Source of the DNA: Nostoc sp. PCC 7120 = FACHB-418
GTDB lineage: Bacteria > Cyanobacteriota > Cyanobacteriia > Cyanobacteriales > Nostocaceae
Direction of reading: 5' to 3'
Length of the DNA: 32,000 nt
NCBI RefSeq assembly: GCF_000009705.1
Contig: NC_003273.1
Coordinates: forward strand, 23,415 to 55,414
Shown here: in pieces, positions 9,702 through 18,408 of the stretch
Position numbering within the stretch: the first letter of the stretch is position 1
How the letters are laid out: each line of letters begins with the position of its first letter
Position numbers and translations under genes: made by a program
The notes under the pieces: model-generated
Database searches by the model: none
Seen by the model: the letters and a program-made list of their open reading frames with translations, nothing else
What the model was told of the DNA's origin: nothing

Positions 9702-9736
9702 AGCACCCATCTATTTGTTTTATTGGGTGCTTTTTA
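9702..9736 (+). terminator. intrinsic terminator
   Basis: agcaccca/tgggtgct stem followed by TTTTTAT. A second 11-bp hairpin (gtagtgctaag/cttagcactac) lies just upstream. Confidence 0.55.
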
Positions 9737-9870
9737 TCGAAAACATTAGGGCTGCTTAATGAAGTCCCTTTAACTTGTTGACTCCCTCTGGGATTCTAGT
9801 TGGGCTACCCGCTCTTGTAACTGTAGGTAAACTATTTTAATGAAACGCCGATAACAAATAGATTTCAATT

Positions 9871-10920
9871 TTACGGACGCTGCAACACTTGAATTGTTGT
9901 ATTCCGATTATCGGAATCGCTTGTAATTCCGACCAAGAGTTTGCCATCAGGACTGACAACGAAACGACTCATTTGCTGTTTGTCTAAAATTGCTTCTAGC
10001 TCGGCTGTTTGCAGATTCCACACCGTCAGCCACTTCTTGCTCTTACCAATAAGAACATTACGGCTCAGAGCAATGTTAGATGGGCTAAATATCTTACGAG
10101 AAAAGCTTTTGTTTGCCTTGATTGTTCCTGTTTTTAAATCTGATACTTGCAGATGGAAAGAGCGTTTTCCTGCTCGTTTGATACTAACCAGTGTCTGCCC
10201 ATCTAAACTGATGCGTGCTGAGTCCGAAGGTTGGAAAAAATTTTGTCGGACTTGTTGCTCGTTGGTTGCCGTATCCCACGCCACAAGTTTACTACTCGGT
10301 AAAGTCAAAAGTACCGTTTTACCATCTGGACTAATGTCATCGAAATGGGAATATGGCAATCTGGCTTTTTGCTCAAGAGTTTTGAGATCCCAGACTTTGA
10401 TCTCAGGAGAGTCACCACGATCAAGACTAATAATAGTCTTTCCGTCAGAGGAAATATCAACATGAGTAACATTGCCAGAATGACCTCTGAGTATCTTTTG
10501 AGGTTGATTTGAGGTAATATCCCAGATGCGAACTAGCCGATCGCCACTACCACTGACAACAGTTTTGCCATCAGGAGAGATTGCTAAAGCATTAATTGCA
10601 CCAGAATCACTCCGTAGTGTTTTTTTCAACTTTCCTGTTTGCAGTTCCCAGACTTTGATTGTTTTATCTTGACCACCACTGACTAGAGTTTGACCGTCCG
10701 CACCGAGCGCAATTGCAGAAACTGTAGGATGTCCCTCTATGGTGCGAACGACTCTTAAATTGCAGTAGGGAGATTTAATTGCATTATGGGAACAGTACCT
10801 CTCCCTGTATTGAAAAAAAGTGAAAAGTTCATCAGGATCGATACCGAGAAAACTTAAAGTAAGGCATACCAGAATCAATAAGGCTTTGAGTTGCCATTTA
10901 CCGGACTTGAAAATTTTCAT
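9871..10920 (-). CDS. WD40-repeat protein with N-terminal signal/anchor
   Basis: Repeated GH..V..xxxSxDGKTxxSxxxDxxxxxWD units. Confidence 0.85.
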   Translation of the reverse strand: MKIFKSGKWQLKALLILVCLTLSFLGIDPDELFTFFQYRERYCSHNAIKSPYCNLRVVRTIEGHPTVSAIALGADGQTLVSGGQDKTIKVWELQTGKLKKTLRSDSGAINALAISPDGKTVVSGSGDRLVRIWDITSNQPQKILRGHSGNVTHVDISSDGKTIISLDRGDSPEIKVWDLKTLEQKARLPYSHFDDISPDGKTVLLTLPSSKLVAWDTATNEQQVRQNFFQPSDSARISLDGQTLVSIKRAGKRSFHLQVSDLKTGTIKANKSFSRKIFSPSNIALSRNVLIGKSKKWLTVWNLQTAELEAILDKQQMSRFVVSPDGKLLVGITSDSDNRNTTIQVLQRP

Positions 10921-10935
10921 CTTAATTAATGTTTT

Positions 10936-11955
10936 TCACTCAGAATTCTTCAACATAAGAGTCAATAATTCCGACATTTCCCACAAATCTTTATTCCGGT
11001 TATCGTCATAAATCATCAGCGTCCTGGGGTCAGCATGACGGCTCAATTTCTGCACCTTTCTAATATTCCCATCAGTAGCATCAAGCGCCGCCGTAATCGC
11101 CGAATGCCTCACCCTGTGCGGTGACATCGGTTTCTTCACCCCCGCCTTTTTAAAAGCTGCCGACACGATTTTATAGATAGCATCCGTAGTCAATCTATGC
11201 CCAGAGTTATGAAAATCTAACGCCGTAAAAATCGGTAAATCGGGTTTCAAATCCCCTCGCGCAATTAACCAATCAGCAAGAGCCGCCGCCACATCTTTGG
11301 ACATATCCAAATATTCTTCATTCGTTCCCTTACCCTTACCCAAAACCCGCAACTTGCGACCATAAAAATCAAAGTCACCCACATTTAACTGACATATCTC
11401 CTGGCGACGCAAAGCTAAACCCCACAGCACTAAAAAAATTGCATAGTTGCGCTTACCAATCAAAGTCTCCCTATCAAATTGCTGTAACACCAGTGCTATC
11501 GTCTTGCTATCAACCCCCCGCGTATCCCGATAAGCCTTGACCTTTTCTCCTTCGACATCTTCCAGGGAATAGTTGCACACCCCCAGCTTGCGCCCCATCT
11601 TCGCCAAGGACTTAAGCGCCGCCAACCGCCGATTAATTGTTGCCTCCCGCACTCCAGAGGCTATCAATTTCGCCTTGTACTTCAGCACCACCATCACCGC
11701 TTGCTCTCGCTGCAAGTGCAGAAACTCCAACACACTATCACCAGTCGGCGGCAACAGAGTCATCTTCACAAAGAAATCCCTTAAATCTTTCTCGTAAGCA
11801 CGCCGAGTATTGGGGTTGCGTTTATCTGCCAACAGTTGGGCCAACACATCTGGGTCTTTGTCAAGTTGTGCATCAAAATATCGCGCGATCGGTGCATCTA
11901 AACACGCCTCTAACTCTACCTTGACTAATTCCCCCCAAACCGGCTCGTTAGGCAT
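10936..11955 (-). CDS. tyrosine recombinase / phage-type integrase
   Basis: Core-binding N-terminal domain plus catalytic residues in context (ALRRQEI, HRVRHSAIT, LSRHADPRTLMIYD). Confidence 0.9.
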   Translation of the reverse strand: MPNEPVWGELVKVELEACLDAPIARYFDAQLDKDPDVLAQLLADKRNPNTRRAYEKDLRDFFVKMTLLPPTGDSVLEFLHLQREQAVMVVLKYKAKLIASGVREATINRRLAALKSLAKMGRKLGVCNYSLEDVEGEKVKAYRDTRGVDSKTIALVLQQFDRETLIGKRNYAIFLVLWGLALRRQEICQLNVGDFDFYGRKLRVLGKGKGTNEEYLDMSKDVAAALADWLIARGDLKPDLPIFTALDFHNSGHRLTTDAIYKIVSAAFKKAGVKKPMSPHRVRHSAITAALDATDGNIRKVQKLSRHADPRTLMIYDDNRNKDLWEMSELLTLMLKNSE

Positions 11956-12278
11956 AATTGCTCACTACTGCGTTATTGATAATGTAGGTTTCCAATAACG
12001 TTCATCATACCTCGGTGGGAGGGGGCATAAATGTTTACATTCACCTCAGAGTAAAATATTCCTTGCGGAAGTAGGCAGGTGTTAATTGTAGTTATCAACG
12101 ACCGCATCCACTCAAAACAATCAGTGTTTCTTACAAATCAAAGCAGACGTGATCAGCGATTCCCTCGAAATTGATAAACTTATTGAATCTGCGGTGCGCT
12201 ATTACCACAAACGACACCCAGCAGTCTTAGATAGAATTTTTTGAGAAAATCGCTTTTATGAATATAAATGTAATGTGC

Positions 12279-12697
12279 CAATTAGGTATTGAGCCGAGAT
12301 ATGTGTAAAAAGCTGCAAGATGGTCTGGAAACTCTTACTATATATAGGTTTCAGCAATTTTCAAGTGAAATTGACACAAGGGTACAAATCTTGGGTATCT
12401 ATCGCTACAGAAACCGGAGTATTTATTAACTTTATTTACAGGTTTTACAACTTAGACAAAAAGCATCTTTCGCGGTGAATTGTCTGAAACTATTACAGGG
12501 TAAAGGTTATATTCATTTCAACCACACAGTATTTATAATTCTCTTTGGTAGACGAAAAGCAATTATTGACCCTCACGCTGCAAGTATGCGTGTCTCAAAT
12601 CAGGCGGAACTATTAAAAACGCTAAAAGCTATATGTAGCAAGCTTTTTCAGAGCATCTTGCTCAAAATTACACATATCTCGGCTCAATACCAATTAG
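12279..12697. repeat. about 70-bp inverted repeats flanking about 280 bp (MITE-like)
   Basis: ggtattgagccgagatatgtgtaa at 12285-12308 is perfectly inverted at 12669-12692. The arms extend inward at about 70 percent identity. Confidence 0.6.
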
Positions 12698-12909
12698 TTG
12701 CGGAAAGATTTAATATCCCTGTGCCTCTTCCTCCACTAGAGATCGGGAAAGAAATCTTAAATGAAAAATCCCTATCCGTAAGCTTAATTATTGGGGTAGC
12801 CTGGAGCAATGAGGACAAAGACTGGCGCTACTTGGTTGTTGATGAAGGATTCAACACCCCTCCTTTGTGGGTAAGCGCGGCGCAGATACAAGGCGAGATG
12901 TTTGCATAA
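12475..12909 (+). CDS. hypothetical protein (144 aa), doubtful
   Basis: GTG-initiated ORF that runs through the right arm of the inverted repeat. A good + strand terminator follows. Confidence 0.3.
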   Translation: MNCLKLLQGKGYIHFNHTVFIILFGRRKAIIDPHAASMRVSNQAELLKTLKAICSKLFQSILLKITHISAQYQLVAERFNIPVPLPPLEIGKEILNEKSLSVSLIIGVAWSNEDKDWRYLVVDEGFNTPPLWVSAAQIQGEMFA

Positions 12910-12994
12910 CAGACGTGTTAGTAACTTAAAGTTGGTTAGCCAACGAACATAAAAATTGAATGCCTCTTCTTGTAATTATGTAGTTTAAGTTTAA

Positions 12995-13028
12995 GCCCAG
13001 TTGTATAAAAGCAACTGGGCTTTATTTT
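12995..13028 (+). terminator. intrinsic terminator
   Basis: gcccagttg/caactgggc 9-bp stem followed by tttatttt. Confidence 0.6.
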
Positions 13029-13134
13029 GGCTGTTGATGTGATTGCTGAATATATTTACAACCAAATGGGGCATTTCACCACTATAGCCAAATAATTCTG
13101 GTTATGGTTTTAATTTATTAATCAGCTTTCTAGA

Positions 13135-13635
13135 TTATTTTTCATGAAACTTAGAGTGTAGTGCATGAGATGGGAAACCTTCTCGCACTAGCTGATGTTC
13201 ATTCATGTAGTCATTATCTAATATCCCATAACATTTAATTTTCTGTGCTATTTCTATAGCAAAATCATTATTGAAGACTACCCCAAAGTAGGTACTACCC
13301 TGAAAATTTTTTCCTATCCAAGTTGGGTCAATTACATCTCCATCATTATTGACTAGCCAAGCATGAGATACAGCTATAGAAACATCATCACTAATAGCAA
13401 ATCCCTCACAGTAATTAAGATTTGGGAAATTTATCAGTGCTTTTAAACAATTTTCAAAGCACGATTTTGGTTGACCTTTAAATGGAGATTTGACCTGTTT
13501 TTCAAAAGATTTTCCATTGGCTAATATCAGACTTTGGATGCTTTTATGGCGAAAATCAGAACGTCTGTTAAGTTCGTCAATTAAGTCTGCTTGCTCTTTT
13601 AATCTTGCCAGCAGTCGGTCTAAGTTACTGCTCAT
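13135..13635 (-). CDS. hypothetical protein, possible transglutaminase/papain-fold Cys-His-Asp core
   Basis: SCFENC ... SHAWLVNNDGDVIDPTW resembles the C...HAW...DPT arrangement of transglutaminase-like cysteine proteases. Confidence 0.45.
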   Translation of the reverse strand: MSSNLDRLLARLKEQADLIDELNRRSDFRHKSIQSLILANGKSFEKQVKSPFKGQPKSCFENCLKALINFPNLNYCEGFAISDDVSIAVSHAWLVNNDGDVIDPTWIGKNFQGSTYFGVVFNNDFAIEIAQKIKCYGILDNDYMNEHQLVREGFPSHALHSKFHEK

Positions 13636-13957
13636 TGTTTAAATACTTATTTGCTAGTTCTTTATTCAATTGGGGATTTCTGTTTTCGATAACTTGAATG
13701 AGGCTGACTAACCGATTAAACCAATATTCACGAATTGCGTCAATTTCTAGTCCTGCATAGTTTATTGATAACTTTTCATCTGGATTTGTAGAGATGGGTT
13801 TAGATACTGCCGCTTGATTAGCTTTTTTCATTTCTCTTGCACACAGTGCATATTCATTTTCTATCATCTTCTGGAACTCATGAGCAATACTTAGTTGTTC
13901 TGGAGTCATGTATTGCTGATTTTTAAACACATCGCTTATCACTTCATTATTAGTCAT
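13625..13957 (-). CDS. hypothetical protein (110 aa)
   Basis: ATG ORF overlapping the downstream gene by 11 nt. Confidence 0.5.
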   Translation of the reverse strand: MTNNEVISDVFKNQQYMTPEQLSIAHEFQKMIENEYALCAREMKKANQAAVSKPISTNPDEKLSINYAGLEIDAIREYWFNRLVSLIQVIENRNPQLNKELANKYLNNEQ

Positions 13958-14002
13958 AAAACTATAATATTTGCTGTTATAGGTTTTTAAACTTTTATAA
14001 CT

Positions 14003-14046
14003 TCCGATTCAAAAATGAAGCATCAGTTTCAGTTCCTCCATTTTTA
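14003..14046. repeat. copy 1 of an about 44-bp intergenic repeat
   Basis: taacttccgattcaaaaatgaagcatcagtttcagttcctccat compared with the copy at 14436-14480. Confidence 0.7.
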
Positions 14047-14098
14047 TTTTAAGCTCCATTATTATTTTATACTTGAAAATTAATTTGATTAAATTTAA

Positions 14099-14395
14099 CT
14101 AAATATTGAACCACCAATACTTATGAAGTCCTGTCATTTTTGAGCCAGCTACAGTGTGTTCATCAGCCCAAGTTAGTGTACTACCATCCCCACACTCGTA
14201 ACCATCCCCACCAAATTTGCTAACCCCCTCTTCTACTACCTGCATCATCACTTTAATAATCATTTTCTCACTTACAGAAATATTATAATGTTCTAAAAGC
14301 AGGGCTTTGATATCTTTAGTACAAACATGATCAAAAAATCTAGGCTTTTCTTGAAGAATATTAATAACTAATGTTTTTAGTTCTTCTGCTTTCAC
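14099..14395 (-). CDS. hypothetical protein (98 aa)
   Basis: GTG-initiated ORF. No motif. Confidence 0.45.
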   Translation of the reverse strand: MKAEELKTLVINILQEKPRFFDHVCTKDIKALLLEHYNISVSEKMIIKVMMQVVEEGVSKFGGDGYECGDGSTLTWADEHTVAGSKMTGLHKYWWFNI

Positions 14396-14435
14396 TGTTT
14401 TAAAATCCCTGTTAGTTTATTTTTTTTGACTTTTC

Positions 14436-14480
14436 CTAACTTCCGATTCAAAAGTGCAGCATCAGTTCAGGTTCACCATC
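14436..14480. repeat. copy 2 of the about 44-bp intergenic repeat
   Basis: taacttccgattcaaaagtgcagcatcagttcaggttcaccatc. Confidence 0.7.
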
Positions 14481-14502
14481 TTCATCTGGAATCCGTAAAA
14501 AA

Positions 14503-14718
14503 TCATTCTATAGGCTTTAGCCACCCAACACATTTTTTATAATAAAATTCTTTATCTTCACAGTTAGCAACTCTAACAGTATCATCTTGATGATGAGGAA
14601 CAGGAAAAGAACTATAATATCCTTCCTTGACTGAACCATTTTCTAATAAGAAAAAATAATTACCATGTTCTTCTGGTAGTCCTTGAATTAGTTCAAACTT
14701 AAATATTTTATTTGACAT
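14503..14718 (-). CDS. hypothetical protein (71 aa)
   Basis: ATG ORF. No motif. Confidence 0.4.
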   Translation of the reverse strand: MSNKIFKFELIQGLPEEHGNYFFLLENGSVKEGYYSSFPVPHHQDDTVRVANCEDKEFYYKKCVGWLKPIE

Positions 14719-14859
14719 TTAATTCTCCTTAAACAAATCGCTAAAATCCTTGTTCTTCTAATCGATAGTAATTGCGATTGAGTTGTTAGACCCAGCCCCC
14801 TGAATTATGATGCACCGATGTAGTGTCGATATTTTTTGTTGTGATGCAATCGCTGCCCT

Positions 14860-15354
14860 TTAATTAAGACGATTAGCAACAATCTCTATTAATTTTGCTA
14901 TTTCATCAGGGTTAGCATCCTCTGAAGGGATAATAGATATTAAAGATAGAGAATGGTTATCCAGAACTCTCTGCGTGTGAACTGGAAGATTAGCGTAAGT
15001 GTATCCGTTTAATTCTGTCTTAATTTCTAACCCGCTTAAAGCTAATTGATTACTGTAAAAATCTACAATTGCTTTTAACCTTTGTTTACCATCAATCACT
15101 TCGTATGTATGATATGACATCTCGTAGAGAACAATTGGCATTACAGGTAAATTAAGAATAAAAGATTCAATTAGCTGAGATTTTTTAACATCATCCCAAT
15201 CAAGATTAGATTGACTATCTGCATCAATCCTTATGTAATTAGGATTAGACCTAATATTTTCAACTAATCTTGGTAGCTTTACCCTATCTAATTCTTGAGA
15301 TAATCTGTTTAGACCAGATTCATATTTGGCGTTAATTTCATCGTTATTCATCAT
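14860..15354 (-). CDS. short stand-alone DUF262 (ParB/GmrSD N-terminal-like) protein
   Basis: VIDGKQRLKAIVDFY matches the DGQQR signature of DUF262. At 164 aa there is no C-terminal nuclease (DUF1524) domain. Confidence 0.65.
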   Translation of the reverse strand: MMNNDEINAKYESGLNRLSQELDRVKLPRLVENIRSNPNYIRIDADSQSNLDWDDVKKSQLIESFILNLPVMPIVLYEMSYHTYEVIDGKQRLKAIVDFYSNQLALSGLEIKTELNGYTYANLPVHTQRVLDNHSLSLISIIPSEDANPDEIAKLIEIVANRLN

Positions 15355-15480
15355 TGTGATTCTTTTCCACTAATTACTAAAATTGGTTCAATCTATACTA
15401 ATTTTCTTTGCTGTCTGCCTTTTACATAAGGTTGATTATGTAATAAACCCTTACACCAATTTGCTTTTATTATTCATAAG
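15355..15480. repeat. decayed duplicate of the 15889-16015 gene junction
   Basis: About 75 percent identity to the 3' end of the 283-aa gene plus the start of the wHTH gene. Most differences are C-to-T or G-to-A. Confidence 0.7.
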
Positions 15481-15498
15481 AAGTAGGATTAAGTATAA

Positions 15499-15906
15499 TT
15501 ATTCATTATCTATAAGCTTATAAATATATTCAGGCTCTAACCCTCTACCATTTCTAACAGGTGGTTTCTTAAGTTGAATCTTTTCAATTGTACGTTTTTT
15601 AGTCAATTGACTTAGCAATGAACTAATTGAGTTAGGATTCATGCCTGTATTTGATGCAATTTCAGCACGAGTGGCACTACCACCTAGTTTTCTAATAGCT
15701 CTAATAATCTTCTCTTGACTTCCAGGTTCATATTTTTTATCTTGATTTATTTCTATCCCAATAGTTGTTAAAACTTTATTAATTAATTGCTCTTTGATAT
15801 CATCATCAATCGATAAAGTTTCAATCTCACTTAATGTTTGGACTGCTAAATGAATTGCTTGTATCGTTTCTAAAGGTTCCATCTGCTGATTATGATTCTT
15901 TTCCAC
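15499..15906 (-). CDS. winged-helix DNA-binding protein (135 aa)
   Basis: IRAIRKLGGSATRAEIASNTGMNPNSISSLLSQLTKKRTI is wHTH-like. The GTG at 15906 overlaps the upstream gene; an alternative ATG lies at 15882. Confidence 0.55.
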   Translation of the reverse strand: MEKNHNQQMEPLETIQAIHLAVQTLSEIETLSIDDDIKEQLINKVLTTIGIEINQDKKYEPGSQEKIIRAIRKLGGSATRAEIASNTGMNPNSISSLLSQLTKKRTIEKIQLKKPPVRNGRGLEPEYIYKLIDNE

Positions 15907-16741
15907 CCATTACTAGAACTGGCTCAATCCAGACTAATTTTCTTTGCTGTGGACTTTCTGCGTCCGGTTGATTACTTAATAAGCCCCTGCGCCAATTGAC
16001 ACTTTTAGTATCATGTGTACGACTATTAACTTCAGTAATTTGCGTCCCTTCACGTTTAAGCTTATATCCTCGTCCAAGCCAAAGTGGTTGATAAAAATCT
16101 TGTGCTTGCGCTTTGCCAAAACCTTTATTTACCATGACTTTTTCGCTTGTTGTATCTATAAATTCAGGGCGACACTCCATAATCAAAATTAGTCGAAGGA
16201 TGATTGAGTGTAAATACTCATTAAATCCTTTAACTACCTTGGGATCTATATCTTGAGAATCAGTATAATAAAGTTTTTGTGCATCAAGTTTAAATCGGCG
16301 GCAAAAGGCACTAGACCCATCGGTGGCTGTCCAATAAAGGATGTCTGCTTCACTATCGTAATTCCAAAAAATAGCATCAACGCTATTATTTTCAGGAGAA
16401 AAAATTACACCTTTAGGTAGCATAAATATTCCCGTTCTCATTGCCCAGTTTATACTATCAATTTCGACGGTTAAAACTGATTGTAGCAACGCTTCTAATA
16501 AATCTTTGTTCACCCAATATGCTGGGCATTTGGCTTGACCGACTTTTAACAAGGTGTATAGGGTGATGTACCTCGATTCTGTGGGATTGATTCTTATTTG
16601 ATACAGTAGCTTTTGTTCCTCCACAGAGTAATAAATATCAGCAACAAAACTGCAAATTTTCTCATAGCTTTCATAACCGTCTACATGAACAACGGGACGA
16701 ATAACAATGTCTTTATACCAACCTTTGGGTTTTTTACTCAT
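15890..16741 (-). CDS. hypothetical protein (283 aa), coupled to the upstream HNH gene
   Basis: ATGA stop/start overlap with the 16738..17706 gene. No motif recognised. Confidence 0.65.
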   Translation of the reverse strand: MSKKPKGWYKDIVIRPVVHVDGYESYEKICSFVADIYYSVEEQKLLYQIRINPTESRYITLYTLLKVGQAKCPAYWVNKDLLEALLQSVLTVEIDSINWAMRTGIFMLPKGVIFSPENNSVDAIFWNYDSEADILYWTATDGSSAFCRRFKLDAQKLYYTDSQDIDPKVVKGFNEYLHSIILRLILIMECRPEFIDTTSEKVMVNKGFGKAQAQDFYQPLWLGRGYKLKREGTQITEVNSRTHDTKSVNWRRGLLSNQPDAESPQQRKLVWIEPVLVMGGKES

Positions 16742-17706
16742 GCAGCACGCCTTAAAAACTGATCACGATGCCATTGTAGAGAATCTCGCCTTGGATAATA
16801 CTGCTCTTGGGCAGGTAAGATTATGCGATCGCCGCTAAACTCCCTCATTGGTTTAGCGTTGGGTGATTCTTCCCGTAGGCTGTTAGAGACGATGATAGTG
16901 TAATCATCATCAATGCTGAACCAAAAACGGTCAAATGCCCAATGATGATTTTTGCACAGTGCCAGCCCATTATCGATGCGGTCATCGTAGAACTGCGAGA
17001 ATGGTTTGATGTGTGACCCATCTACAATGTTCTGTCCGAGTGAGTCAAGTATCTGCAATCCGCAGAATGCACAACGGTAGTTATAAGTTGAAACTACAAT
17101 TTTACGGAATGCACCATCTCGCACAATTACAGCTTGCTCATCTTCTAGTTCTTCTGGCTGATAAACTTTACCACCAGTGCGTTGCAACTGGTCTTGTAGT
17201 TCAGCAAAGGCGTTGACTTGCAATAACGGCTCTATATCCTCCTGTGTAAGCTCATTAAACCAGGAGTCAATCAAAACATGAGTTAGTACAGTTCTGTCTT
17301 GGTGATTTTGGAGCAGTAACCAGAGTTCATCATCAAGGTAGGCGTACTCTACTGTTTCTCTGATGGTGCTAGGAGTCCTAATTTTTATTTTGGCTTTCAT
17401 CCATCCCTCAAATCCCAGTTTCATTTGGTAATGCCAAAAGCGATCGCTGGTCAGGTGATAGAAAGGTAAACCTATATCTGGCTTACGTAGTGGCTCCAGG
17501 TGGCTCCATAGTTTAAGAAACGTGGCGATAAGTTCAGCATTGAAGGGGATTTGGTTTTTGGTGATCTGCCTCGTTGCTATCATTTCGATGACAGACAGCA
17601 GCAAAATGGGCTTATTTGGTGCGCCAGGGCTAACGTTTAAACCTATTTTGTTTGATGCGGATTTAGGAGAAAATTTCTTAACGTAGTAAGCTAAATCTTT
17701 ATTCAT
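16738..17706 (-). CDS. HNH_2-type nuclease with N-terminal putative DNA-sensing domain
   Basis: YNYRCAFCG...DGSHIKPF...NGLALCKNHHWAFD matches the HNH_2 pattern. The N-terminal NKPILLLSVIEMI...FYHLTSDRFWH resembles sensor domains fused to type IV restriction HNH enzymes. ATG at 17706 preferred over 17745. Confidence 0.8.
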   Translation of the reverse strand: MNKDLAYYVKKFSPKSASNKIGLNVSPGAPNKPILLLSVIEMIATRQITKNQIPFNAELIATFLKLWSHLEPLRKPDIGLPFYHLTSDRFWHYQMKLGFEGWMKAKIKIRTPSTIRETVEYAYLDDELWLLLQNHQDRTVLTHVLIDSWFNELTQEDIEPLLQVNAFAELQDQLQRTGGKVYQPEELEDEQAVIVRDGAFRKIVVSTYNYRCAFCGLQILDSLGQNIVDGSHIKPFSQFYDDRIDNGLALCKNHHWAFDRFWFSIDDDYTIIVSNSLREESPNAKPMREFSGDRIILPAQEQYYPRRDSLQWHRDQFLRRAA

Positions 17707-17714
17707 TTGCAGCC

Positions 17715-17972
17715 ATGCGCGAATATCGATGTACACGTAACGCATTATACTTACACGACTGCATAGGTCGAGATGACCTTAGAGAACGCCAAGGTCATTA
17801 TATTTGGGCAATCAACGAAGAAGCTGCATGGCAAGAAATGGCGCGGCGGTATCCAGATGAAACTGAGGCTGGGTTTACTGTGGAGGAGTGGGAAAGTTTT
17901 GATGTAAAGGTGGTAGAAGTGAAACGTGATCAGAATGGGAACATTATAGATGAAAACTCTGAATTGGATTGA
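17715..17972 (+). CDS. hypothetical protein (85 aa)
   Basis: ATG ORF divergent from the HNH_2 gene, with only 8 nt between the two starts. Confidence 0.45.
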   Translation: MREYRCTRNALYLHDCIGRDDLRERQGHYIWAINEEAAWQEMARRYPDETEAGFTVEEWESFDVKVVEVKRDQNGNIIDENSELD

Positions 17973-18405
17973 TAAATCTGCATGGGCAGACGGTGAATGG
18001 CAGCAAGAACCAGACCGAATTGAATGGGTTTATCTGGGATTCCCTTGTTTAATAGTCAGGCAAGACCCAGGTTTTTTGTGTGGCTATGTGGGTATTCCTC
18101 CAACTCATCCTTATTATGGTAAGGATGGCACAAACAACGAATTAAGGTGCATTCAAGTTCATGGAAAAATTACGTTTTCTGAAGCATCTCACCAAAGTAA
18201 TGACCCCAAAGCAGTTTGTCATCAACTATTACCAATAACTGATAATTATTGGTGGATAGGGTTTGACTGTACCCATAGCGAAGATATTTCTCCAATTATT
18301 GTGAATATTTTTAATTATAGGGATGCTACATATAAAAATTTAGAATTTGTCAAAAATCAAGTTGAATATTTGGCACAGCAATTAAGTACCTTGAAAACAG
18401 AATAG
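17950..18405 (+). CDS. hypothetical protein (151 aa)
   Basis: Overlaps the upstream ORF by 23 nt. Conserved-looking core GYVGIPPTHPYYG...VHGKITF...WWIGFDCTHSED. Confidence 0.6.
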   Translation: MKTLNWIDKSAWADGEWQQEPDRIEWVYLGFPCLIVRQDPGFLCGYVGIPPTHPYYGKDGTNNELRCIQVHGKITFSEASHQSNDPKAVCHQLLPITDNYWWIGFDCTHSEDISPIIVNIFNYRDATYKNLEFVKNQVEYLAQQLSTLKTE

Positions 18406-18408
18406 ATT

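Noticed and set aside
9941-10465. 174-aa ORF antisense to the WD40 gene, and similar antisense ORFs in the integrase (11573-11998), the 336-aa gene (2532-3153) and the RT gene (22742-23371, 24015-24275)
   Set aside because: Each is fully embedded opposite a much longer ORF that carries clear domain signatures. Their composition is low-complexity.
13958-14500. Idea that the island is an integron, with the 44-bp repeats acting as attC sites
   Set aside because: The cassette genes are on the same strand as the recombinase rather than divergent from it. The repeats lack a clear R''/L''-L'/R' inverted structure. They match the GTTRRRY core only partially (GTTAGGA, GTTATAA).
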